Of a stretch of 41,764 nucleotides of DNA, positions 31,560 to 41,764 are shown one piece after another. Made by a program: the position numbers and the translations under genes. Each line of letters starts with the position of its first letter. The stretch's first letter is position 1. Origin of the DNA: Jimgerdemannia flammicorona (lineage: Eukaryota); the NCBI GenBank assembly GCA_003990765.1, contig RBNJ01000097.1, positions 1 through 41,764 of the forward strand, given 5' to 3'. The notes under the pieces were generated by a model. The model saw only the letters and a program-made list of their open reading frames with translations. It was not told the origin of the DNA and searched no databases.

Positions 31560-33997
31560 TCAGCAATGAAAAAAACTAGTAGAACTTCTCAATAAATATC
31601 AAGATATCTTCACTACCAATTATAGCAACCTGCCATATAATCCATCATATCACCACAGTATAAATATAAAAAATGCAACACCCATCTAGCAGAAACCCTA
31701 TAGAATACCCCATCACCTAAAGATATTTGAAAAGGAGCACATTCAAGAACTCTTAGACAATAGAGTCATCCAACCCTCAACCAGCCCCTGGGCCAGCCCT
31801 ATACTTATTGTACCAAAGAAAGGAGGATGGAGACTCTGCATAGATTACAGGAAACTCAACTCAGTTACTAAAAAGGATGCATATCCTTTGCCCAGAATCG
31901 ATGACCTCTTGGACCAGTTACAAGATGCCAGATACTTCAGCAGTTGAGACCTTTTTACAGAATTCCATGAGATTCCCATGGACCCAAAAGACATTCAAAA
32001 GACAGCCTTCCTTGTTTTAGAAAAACAGTTTGAGTACCTCTGAATACTCTTTGGTCTTTGCAATATACCCCCCCCACACCTTTCAGAGGATGATGAATTC
32101 AGTCTATGCCCCCTTGATCCACTACTGCCTGATTGTATACATGGATGATTCCAACATCTATTCAGTAAATTTCGAAGAACACCTGCACTATCTAGAGGAA
32201 TTCTTCAAGCTCACCTGTAAGAACCACCTGAGACTTAATGTAAAGAAATGCTACTTCAGAAAAAACTTGAATTCCTTAGATTTATAGTTTCAAAAGAAGG
32301 AACCCAAACAGACCCAAAGAAAACTGAGAAGATTAATAATTGGCCAGTACCCCAGACTCCAAAGAAAACCCTGTTATTTCTGATATTAGTGTCTTACTAC
32401 AGGAGGTTTATCAAGGACTTTACCCAAATTGCTGCCCCAATTTAAATTCTTCTCAAGAAAAGAGTACCTTACAAATGGACATAATCACAAGAGAAAGCTT
32501 TCAAAAAACTCAAGCACTGCATGACCACAGCACTAATTCTCATCCACTCCAATCTACAGAAGCCATTCATCTTATACATAGATGTCTCTAAAGATGGCCT
32601 AGGAGTAGTTCTAGCCTAAGAAGGATCTGACCAACAGTACTATGTGATAGCTTATATAAGCCAAGCTACCAATCAGCAGCAGATGAACTATGGTAGCACC
32701 AAACTGGAATGCCTTATAGTCATATGGGCAGTCACCCACCTCATCAGAAAAAGGTTCACTCTGATCACAGACCATGCAGCCCTCAATGGCTATTCAACCA
32801 TAAGGAACCCACTGGATCCTAGTCTGCTGAATTTGTATCCTCTAGGATTACAAAATCACCATCATCCACAAAGCAGGGACAGCCCACAACAATGTTGATG
32901 TACTTTTCCACCAGTCCTAATGAACTAGAAGAAGGGTGTCCCAAGGAACTACACCCTAAAGAAAGCTCCTCAGACCATCAAGGTACAGGAAGACCTCATC
33001 CAAAAAGAACATCAGAAAGCTCACCAAGGACAGGCAAACATAGAAGAAAAGCTATAAACAATATATCAATATTGGCCCAATCTCAGAACTCAACTTCAGG
33101 ACATACTCAATAAATATAATACCTGCCAGAAGTACCAAGGAAGGAAGAACTATCAAGCACCACTGCAACCAATCATACCACCAGACAACATCTTTCAGAG
33201 ATGAGGAGTAGATGTAATTGGACCTTTACCAGTTACACTAAGAAGAAATAAATACATCTTTGTATTTGTAGAACATCTGACCAAGTGCCCCAAGACTTTC
33301 CCAATGGAAATTACAGATGCTTTAACCATTGTGGGCCTTCTCCATGGACTTACACTCAGATATAGACCTTCAGAAGAACTTATCTCTGACTAAGGCACAG
33401 AATTCATCAATAATATAATTACAAGTTATGTCTGAATTCACAAGATCCACCTCAAATAGACCACATTATATCACCCTCAGACCAATGGTATGACAGAAAG
33501 AATGAACCAGACCATTCAGAAAGGACTTGCCTGAGTTAATCCTATCAATTGGGACCTCTGCTTATCTGAGATCCTATGGGAAATTCAGAGCACCCCTGTT
33601 GCCTCCACCAAACAAAAGCCATTTGAAATGATGTTTACCAAAAAAAACAAGAACTGCTGATCATGAGAATCTTGGAGACCTCCTCAAGAAGGCAGAACCG
33701 TTATATAATCAAGCCTGAGCTCAGATTATCAAAGCCCAATAAAGACAAAAGAAGTACTATGACCAGAAACAGAAGGATCAGAAGATCAATATTGGAGATC
33801 AAGTACTATTTTGGAGAAGCATGATTGAAATGAATTTTGCCACCAAACTGGAGCCCAAATGGAAAGGACCTTATCTTGTACACAATATCAGAGGAACCAG
33901 TATCTATTTAAGAAGCATAGATAGACAGACCCTTAGGATGCTAGTATACATCAACTGCCTCAAGATATACCTTTCCCATCATGAACCAGACAATTGA
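31560..33997 (+). pseudogene. pol: Gypsy-2 pol: RT, RNase H and integrase with GPY module
   Basis: [38 protein letters not shown] (32138-32149), FILYIDVS, LITDHAAL, GVDVIGPLP, LISD*GTEF, YHPQTNGMTERMN, KLEPKWKGPY. Confidence 0.95.
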
Positions 33998-34475
33998 CCA
34001 GTATCTCCAGACCCTTGTTCTAGGTATATTCCAATTACTCCCAGTTCCCCTTCTACAATTCCAACAAGGAAACCCCCTTCAGCAAATCCAGACCCATCAA
34101 GAGAACCTCACCTTGGCCAGATGTTTACTGCAAGTCCACCAGCTGCAGGCCTACTATACAATTGGAGAACAGTTACAGAACCTCTCAGCAGCAGACCTAA
34201 TCTACATCAGAAACTCCACTGACCTCACTCAGAAAAATACCACTATTGCAGATAAATTATACACAATCTACAAATGAAATATCCCAGCATTGATATGGGT
34301 ACAATTCCTTCTGAATGATATTCAAAATATGAACCCTGCTACTAACTGGAGCATCATCAATCATATCAAGATTCGGTTTCCAGAGGAAGAAGAAGAATCT
34401 GTCAAATGGAGTGACTCTGATCCAAATAAAGATATTGATTCAGATATTGATACTGAAGATGCTTATGTACATTAG
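33981..34475 (+). pseudogene. Gypsy-2 additional ORF3 (164 aa) between integrase and the 3' LTR
   Basis: Track ORFs 33981..34277 and 34290..34475 are in the same frame, separated by a single TGA. The ATG overlaps the last 17 nt of the integrase frame. Acidic C-terminus. Confidence 0.7.
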
Positions 34476-34527
34476 AATGATGACTAAAGGATTGTCTGAG
34501 GACAGACCATCCTTTAGTAGGGGCTGA

Positions 34528-35625
34528 TGTGATGAGCAATAGAATTGCACTACTGAAAACATAAATTAGCTATATACTATATCTAGTACACTAAGTAACC
34601 AAGACTGCTTTACCATACCAACTTGTATATTTAGCCAGAGATACCAGAAACAGTATATTTACCTATACTCTCCAGATATACCATACTCTCAAGGTACACT
34701 GTACCTTCCAGATATACTATACTCTTAAGAAATACTTACTATAGTCAGTAATCTATAGTTAGTAATATAGTAACCAGTAGCAACCCCAACTATATAAATT
34801 ACCCCAGAGATAAGAGTGAATAAACCTCAGTCCAAATTGAATCCAAAGCAAAAGTCAAGTCTGTCTACCATACTTCAAGAGAAACTCTACAGTCACTGCT
34901 AGGAGATTGTGAGCAAAGCATTCCTTTTCACTCTAGTCCACTTTCTGATATAAAGAAGAGTTTGTTATATTTTTGGTTTACTTGCCAGATAAGCCTGAAG
35001 AATCCAAGTTACCCATATTCTCAGAGAGCCCACTTTAAGAAACTTTGCCACAAGCCAGTCCATTAGACACAACTTTGCAGTAATTTATTCATGGAAATAA
35101 AGCCAGTCTTTGATGTAACTTGCTAAGAATCCAAGTTATTGAACTATCTGCACCATCTGAGTTATTAGTTTATTCTCAGTGAGCTTGATTCAGTGAACCC
35201 CACTCTCTATTCCCAGTAAGCCACTGACTTAGGAAGAATCTGCTGCTAGCATAATTCCCAGTGAGCTATTTCAGGAAAATCTGTACTTAAATTAAGTTAT
35301 CTACTAAATTGCCAGAACATCATACATAAGGAACTCACCATACTATACAAGATTATCATGCCAGAAATTGAATACTTTTGGAAACAAGACTGTCACCCAG
35401 AAATTGCATACTTTTGAAGATCACTACACCATACATGCACAAATTGCCACTATACCCAAAGAACTATCCCATTAAGGAAATTACTTGCAGATATCCAGCT
35501 TTGACTATTATACCACTAAATACTAAGAACATTTTATTGCTTTTAACAAAGTGACTAGAGACTCAAGCCAAACTACATCAACCTCTAATCTTGTAATTTA
35601 CCTCCATTGAGTCAGGCACATTACA
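34528..35625 (+). repeat. Gypsy-2 3' LTR (1098 bp)
   Basis: TGTGATGAG...CATTACA; preceded by a short purine tract AGTAGGGG; followed by the TSD ATAG. Confidence 0.95.
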
Positions 35626-37670
35626 ATAGTGATCTTATCAAAGAATATCCAGATTCATTTTCTTTCTCTGATAACATTCAGGTTACACAAACTTCAAGCA
35701 ACTCTCAAGTTATCATTTTTGGAAAAAAGATACTAGCAATATAACATCTGTTGAGTATTCTGAAGTGTGTGCTGGGCAGGATGGCCCTAGTATATTTAAC
35801 TAGCAGTATATGGAGAGAAGCCATGACTTGGGGAGAAGTATGAGGGACTGCTAATGGGAGAATATGGAAGGGGTAGGGGTAGTGCTGGAGGACAGGAGAC
35901 AGAGAGGATGAGCTTTGTAGACAAGGTGAAGAGAGGTCAACTAATGATGATAACTGGGCTAGAGGACTGGCTGAGGAAGGGCAAGAAGACAGTGAGGGTG
36001 GTAGGTTGTGAGGGAGTGGCCCATAGAGGTGAGGGCAGTAGGGCTGGAGAAGTAGCAGCTAGAGAGAGTGGGACTGCTGATGGTGGGGAGACTGATAATC
36101 TGAAAGAAAATCCAGATATAATATTTGATGGTAGATCTGGACAGAGGGTGGGCACAAGGCAAAGGGACCTGGCAGATGGTGTAATGGGACTGGTGGTGAC
36201 ATTGTTACTTAAGAAATCAAGGTCTGAATTTGTCAACATATTGTGCTTCCAAGGCTTAGCAGTCACAGCAAAAATGATTCTGGGGCTTCTGGCTCAGGAG
36301 ATGAAGGGGGCTGTTTTGGTAAAGTTTTTGAAGAGATGGGAAGGGGTGGAGGTTGGCTTTGAGCAGAAGGAGATACTGTTGGAGGTAATGGAGAAGAGAG
36401 TGGTGGTGGGGGGGGTAGTGGTTCTCATGACATAGTGCTTGTACTGAGATCCTTAAGTGGTACAGTTGATAGTGCTGGATGTGCTAACTGTATCGAAGAA
36501 AATGGCCAGGGGATTGATTGTAGAGGCCATCAAGGAGTATATAGAGAGATTGTAGATGTTAGGTTTAAAGTCTAGAAGAGTACTGGAGATGTAGACATCA
36601 GGGTATGGTTGGTGGACAAGAAGAATATAGAGAAGACAAGAGACTGATCAGTAGTTTTAAAGTGGGGCCCTGTGGAATGCAAGGTCTCATGGATGAAGGT
36701 AACACTGGAAGAAAAAGAGAATCTGCTAGAGGTATTGGAGGATCTGGCTGGAGCTGTGGAGAGGAGGAGATTGGCCTGGAAGGAGTATGAGGCCAAGACA
36801 GTTATAGAGATTATTAATGGCAAGAGGGTGTGGCTGAATAGAGCAGTCTGGAAGTGGGCACAAGAGAGGCAGATTCAGAAGGAGCTGTTGATAAAGTTGA
36901 GAGGGGGGATAGCAGGGGGGACAATAGCTGAAGATACTGGTTCATGAGCAAGTGCCTGGGCAGAGGAGAAGGGGGTGACTCTAGAGGTACCCCAGGGACA
37001 GGATGTGGCTCTTGGTTGAGTGTGGTCATGGAAAATAAGAGATGGTCAAGAGGGAGTACCCTCAGGATAGAGTGCTAGGTGGGATCACTGGTGAGAAGGA
37101 ACTATAGGATGTACTGGAGGAGGATTGGGATAAGTTGGCAAGATAGAATACTAAGAGAGAGCAGGTAGAGGGGGTGGAGGGGGTGGCTGAAAGAGTTGAG
37201 GAGGCTGTGGATGAAGAGAAGTGGCTGTGAGAAACACTAGAGAATGTGGCAGCAGAGGAGCTGGGGGGAGAGAACTTTCAGATACTAAGTAAGAGGCATT
37301 GGGGTGAAATCCTACATAGTGAGGAGGTGTCAAGAAATATCCACAATGAGATAATAGTAACACTGCTGGAGGCCAAGGTCTAACAAGTAAATGATAACAG
37401 AGAGGTAGTACTTAGAGCAATTGTGAATAATCATATGGCTTACATGTGAGGTCTGAGGAGGGGCTGGAAAAGTGGCAGATAGTGTATAAGGAGTACTGAT
37501 CAGAGATGGAGGCTGTAGATGGGGTGAACTGTTGGAAGATCCTGATGGCACTGGAGGCTCAGCAGGGAGAGGCAGATGAGATTGTAACAGAGAGAAACTT
37601 GGATCTTATGGGTGATGGGATGAGCATAGAATTATAGAGTGGACACTTATTCTCAAAAATATTATTTGAT

Positions 37671-40600
37671 ATGAACAATACAACTATAATCTCCTCTTTG
37701 AATATAAATAGACTGAGGGGTATAATGAGACAACAGAATATATTTAGCTAGTTGAAGGGGCTAGATGCAGATCATTTCATATTACAGGATGTGAGTTATG
37801 ATGTAGACTTGGACTTACTGGACTGGATGAGGGAATGGGGTCATACAGTGGTGTAGCAGGGATGGGTGAGCATTCTGGTTAGGAAGGGGGTGAGGGACAT
37901 TCAGGACATTGAGCATTGAGAGAGCTGACTAGTGTGAGAAGTGTGAAGGAGGCTGGGTTGAAGTCTCCTGACTGTGGGATCATTGTATTACTCAGTAGAA
38001 AGAGGGGAGTGAGTGGATTGAGTCTGAGGTTTATGAGAGGCTAGTGTTCTGGTAGATGCAGAGATCAACTGTCTAGGGGGTGACTTTAATATGATATATG
38101 ATAGTAAGTTGGACAGAACCAATAGAGAGAGGGATATGATAGGCAGGAGTGGAGAGATTGAGGACTGGGAGGAGATTGAGAGACTGAGTTCTTTGGTAGA
38201 TACTGAGTGACTTGGATGGACAGATCATAGGGTCTGTACTCTCTAGGTGGCTGGACTGGAATCCCAGATAGACTGGGTATTGATAGCTGATTAATGGGGT
38301 GCAGATGTCTAGAGTGAGATTGAGATAGTCTGGTGTTCTTGGTCAGACCACTGGGGGTTGCTGGGCAGAGAGAGGTTTGGGGGTAGTGGAGATGGGCCTA
38401 AATATTAGCACCTGAATATCACATTGCTGAGGGATAGTATCTTGTGGGGAGAATAGGTGGTAGATGTTGGTGCTAAGGTTGTGGCTGGAGGGCACAGAGA
38501 TTGGAGATTGGGGATCATTAGCAGTGGTTGAAATCTGATGCTCAGCAGTATTGGGGTGAGGCTGAGAGAGGGAGGGGGGCCCAGCAGAGGTAGTGTGTTA
38601 GGTGGGCTTCACAGAGGCTGGCAAACCTACTAGAGAGGTGGGTTGGATCATTAGAGGACTGCAGGATAGGAGACTGATGGATTCAGAGGATTCAGTGAGA
38701 GGTATAAGAAGTGAAGGGGCTGCTTAGACAGGAGGAGGAATTGTAGATAAAAGGGCTGGCAGCTTGGCTGAGATAGCAGGGCATAGAGGAGGGGGGGCAG
38801 CTTACTAAATTTCTGTTGAGACTGCTATAGGTAAGGAGGACAAGGCAGTAGTGGGAAGGAGTGTTGGATGAGGCAGGGGATATGGTGACTGAGATACTAG
38901 AGATCTTGGACCTATTGTGGTCTCAATAGGGGTAGCTGTAGAGTGAGAAGGAGGGGGGAGAAGATGCCCTAGGCATTGAAAGACAGCTAGAGGATTGGCA
39001 CCCAGACCCAGCTGCAGGCCTGGGTGAACTTGGAGCCTCAGTGCATAGAGAGGAGGTGTGTTGGGTCTTGGCAACAATGAGTATAGAGATAGTCTCTGAG
39101 GAGGACAGATTGCCTTGGGATTTTTGGAAGAAGATGGCTGGCATTGAGGTTGTATTAGAAGAGATAGTATTGATATATGATGAGGTCATCAGCTCAGGGT
39201 CCTGGATTGTGAGACAGCACCTGGGGCTTGTAGCTCTGTTGTTCAAGGAAAGAGGAGAAGAGAGGATTGGAAGAACTGAAGGCTGATCATGCTTCTGAAT
39301 ATAGATTACAAGTTAGTGATAAAGATTATGGTGGCCAGACTGCAAGAGGTGGCTCAGCAGGTGCTAGGGGCTGAGCAGAGGGGCTTTGTCAGAGGTTAGT
39401 TGATTTGAGATGGAATGATATGGGTCTATAGTATTATTGAGGGGACATTTGTAGCTGGGGTCAATAGTTGACTAGTCTTTCTGGATCAAGAGAAGGCATA
39501 TAATAGAGTTTGATATATATAGCTAGAAGGGGTGTTGAAGTAAATAAGGATTCCCCCAGGGTTCAGAAGTTCATTGATTTGTCTGTTGGAGGAGAGTCAG
39601 GTGGCTATTATAGTGAATGGGCACAGGAGAGAGTCCTTCCCCCTGGGCAGAGGAGTGCCACAAGGAGATCCACTATCATCAATTCTCTATGCCTTCTCAT
39701 TGGAGCCCTTGTTGGACAGGATATAGTATAGAGTTGGGGGTTTGAACATTTTGAGAGTGAACTGGAAGATTGGGGCCTTTGCTGATGATATAGTGGTCGG
39801 ACTGGGCTTTGTGGAGGATGTGACAGTACTGAAGAGTGCTATGGAATGATATGAGGGATATTCAGATGCTAGGCTCAATTAGCATCCCAGCTGGTAAAGC
39901 AGTCTACTACTTAGAGATTTATTTTTCAGTATATAGTTCCCTGCTGCCTCATGGCTGGTGAATTAGTGGCTACTTGCTTGGGGGAATGTTCACTTGGGGT
40001 GGGGAGGCCAGTATAACTCTCTGGCAGGGAGAGTGATAGTACTGAATGTGTACTGGCTGCTGAAGCTATAGTATGTTGGATATCACTTAGACTTTCCAGC
40101 ATAGGTAGTCAAGAGACTATTGAAGATGGCCAGATCATAGATTTGGGCAGGGCAGTAGAGCCAGATCAGCTGGGAGATATTGACATTACCTATAGACAGA
40201 GGTGGAGTGGGCCTGGTGGACTTCACCAAGCATCTGCACTGCTTGAGGGCATAGTGGCTGAAGCAAGCAAGCAAATTGAGAGGTTAAGAGTGGGTGCCTC
40301 TTATGTAGAGGGTGTGGGAAGTTAGGTACTCTCTCTGAGACATAACTGGTGATCTGTTCTCTCTAGTGGCTCTTGAAGAAAGTCAGAAGATATGCTATAG
40401 AGGATTCTGGTAGAGAGTGGTGAATAATGCCCACTGCATTGGTCCCTGATAGAGAGAGGATAAGAAGAGGAGGAATGGGGACTACAGATGTAAAGATGAG
40501 ACTACCTATTGTTAAGAGGTATACTGGTGAAGGATTTTCAGCTAGAAGATAGCATAAAATATCTATGGGAGTATGAGAGGGATTTGTGACTGGAGGTGTG

Positions 40601-41685
40601 GCAGGGAGTAGAGATTGGTAAGGAGTGGGTGTAACAGTTCTAGTTTCTAAATAAGGAAGTGACTAGTTCTGGTAGTCCTAAGTAGCTCGAAGAGATACTT
40701 AAGGATTCAAGTATTCTTAAAGACTTTCTGGGAGAAAATATTCTGAGGCTTTATTCATGAGAACAAAGGGGATATTTATACAAGATCTGAAAGAAGGATC
40801 AGAAGGATCTGAGAAATCAAAGGAAAATGCCAAGAGGAAAGTTCTCGGCAAGGATGACAAATGATGAAAAATAAAGTTCTACAAGTTTCCAGGACATTCA
40901 GTGACTAGCTAAATAAGTACTAGTGAATATTTGACACCAAGAAAGGATTTCTAAGTATTTGGAAAGTACTGGAAAGTTGTAGAATATTGAGGAAAGACAA
41001 AGAAAAGAAATAAACTACACTAAAATATTACAGTAGGACTGGAAAGGTGTCTGGCCTTGGTGCAAGCAGGTGGCAAGATAGCTCTCTCCCAAATTCTGGA
41101 TAGTATAGTAGCAGATACTGAGGTATAACATAATGCTGAACTGTCAGTCAGGATACTTAGTGAAAGGAAGTACTTTGGAGTATGAGGAGTGTCTGGATGT
41201 TAGGCAGATACAGACCCCAGAGCATTGACTTGGAGAGTACAAGGTTCTGGGAGATTTCTGAGGAGCCATCAAGGGCCAGCTGGGGTTATAACCTTTGAGG
41301 AGAGGAGAGGGTGGGAGGTGGGGGTGATCTCCAGCATAGGTTGGTGGGAGGAGTTAGAGATGAGTGGTTGACTTTAGGGTGGGCTCTAGCTATTTGGGTT
41401 GGGCTTGCTGGATATTGGCTCTATATATTTGAAGATGGTTAATAATTAGTGATTGGGGTGAGGGTTACATAATGAAAGTGGCTTCTACTGGACATCTTGA
41501 ATGGTTGGTGGCAGGGATGGAAACTGGGAGGGAGAATCTGTAGGAGGCTTGTGGAATATATTTGTAAGAAGAGTAGGAGAAAGGTTGAAGTCACAGGTTG
41601 ATGTCTCTCTGGAGGGGTGGAGAGGGTGGGAAGAAAGAGAGTCTATATGAGATTGAGTGAAGGGTGGGCCTGTTTCTTGCATTAA
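37671..41685 (+). pseudogene. LINE-C ORF2 (APE endonuclease, RT, Cys/His C-terminus), interrupted by a solo LTR
   Basis: EN and RT motifs as listed for LINE-C; QTPEH*LGEY near 41210; many TGA/TAG stops. The end coordinate is approximate. Confidence 0.88.
40630..41032 (-). mobile_element. Solo LTR (403 bp) of a third LTR family
   Basis: TGTAAC...ATTACA termini; 5-bp TSD GTGGG / GTAGG; absent at the homologous site of LINE-B; minus-strand TATAAA (40775-40780) followed by AATAAA (40750-40755). Confidence 0.88.
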
Positions 41686-41764
41686 TATAATATAGATTGG
41701 ATGGTAATTGGTAATAAAAGTCGAAGTCCAAGTGACTATATAAAAATAAAAAAAAATAAAAAAA

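Larger units (their letters stand above)
25910..35625 (+). mobile_element. Gypsy-2: full-length Ty3/Gypsy LTR retrotransposon with dUTPase and an extra 3' ORF; no chromodomain seen
   Basis: Paired TG...CA LTRs; 4-bp TSD ATAG (25906-25909 / 35626-35629); order gag, PR, dUTPase, RT, RH, IN. Confidence 0.95.
24047..35655 (+). repeat. Third, more diverged Gypsy-1-family LTR (U3 part only), interrupted by the MITE, Gypsy-2 and LINE-C
   Basis: 24047-25097, 25644-25909 and 35630-35655 are collinear with 2296 to ~3643. It carries the same U3 ORF (ATG at 24283, MTTKVYNYIHANI...). The remainder should lie beyond LINE-C, outside the window. Confidence 0.88.
35656..41764 (+). mobile_element. LINE-C: full-length degenerate L1/Tx1-type element with poly(A) tail
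   Basis: Shared 5' leader; ORF1 remnant ending at TAG 37637; ORF2 ATG at 37671 (MNNTTIISSLNINRL); GGDFN, WSDH, FLDQEKAY, GVPQGDPLS and AFADD (39775-39789); tail AGTCCAAGTGACTATA then poly(A), matching the LINE-E tail. Confidence 0.93.

Overview
The window contains no host gene. It is a eukaryotic, probably fungal, pile of nested transposable elements decayed by C>T/G>A mutation. Five L1/Tx1-type LINE copies: A 1-2220(-), the youngest; B 16824-22420(-) with a 3' stub at 2221-2295; C 35656-41764(+), full length; D 22421-24046(+), an old divergent subfamily; E 7196-9681(-), 5'-truncated with a 13-bp TSD. Two complete Ty3/Gypsy elements, both carrying a dUTPase but at different positions. Gypsy-1 (2296-16818) is a chromovirus with gag-dUTPase-PR-RT-RH-IN-chromo and ~2-kb LTRs. 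Gypsy-2 (25910-35625) has gag-PR-spacer-dUTPase-RT-RH-IN-ORF3 and ~1.1-kb LTRs. Also present: a third Gypsy-1-family LTR (24047-35655, interrupted), a foldback hAT-type MITE, a 403-bp solo LTR, and a 1.58-kb poly(A)-tailed composite retroposon with a 16-bp TSD. The most interesting signals are: (i) a hidden ~365-codon gene with tandem PPxY motifs inside the U3 region of the Gypsy-1 LTR, missed by the ORF track because its Arg/Gln codons decayed to stops; (ii) the SVA-like retroposon (structured head + 9-mer VNTR + LINE-like tail); (iii) two differently placed dUTPases and other accessory domains. All translations and alignments were done by eye; no database searches were run.
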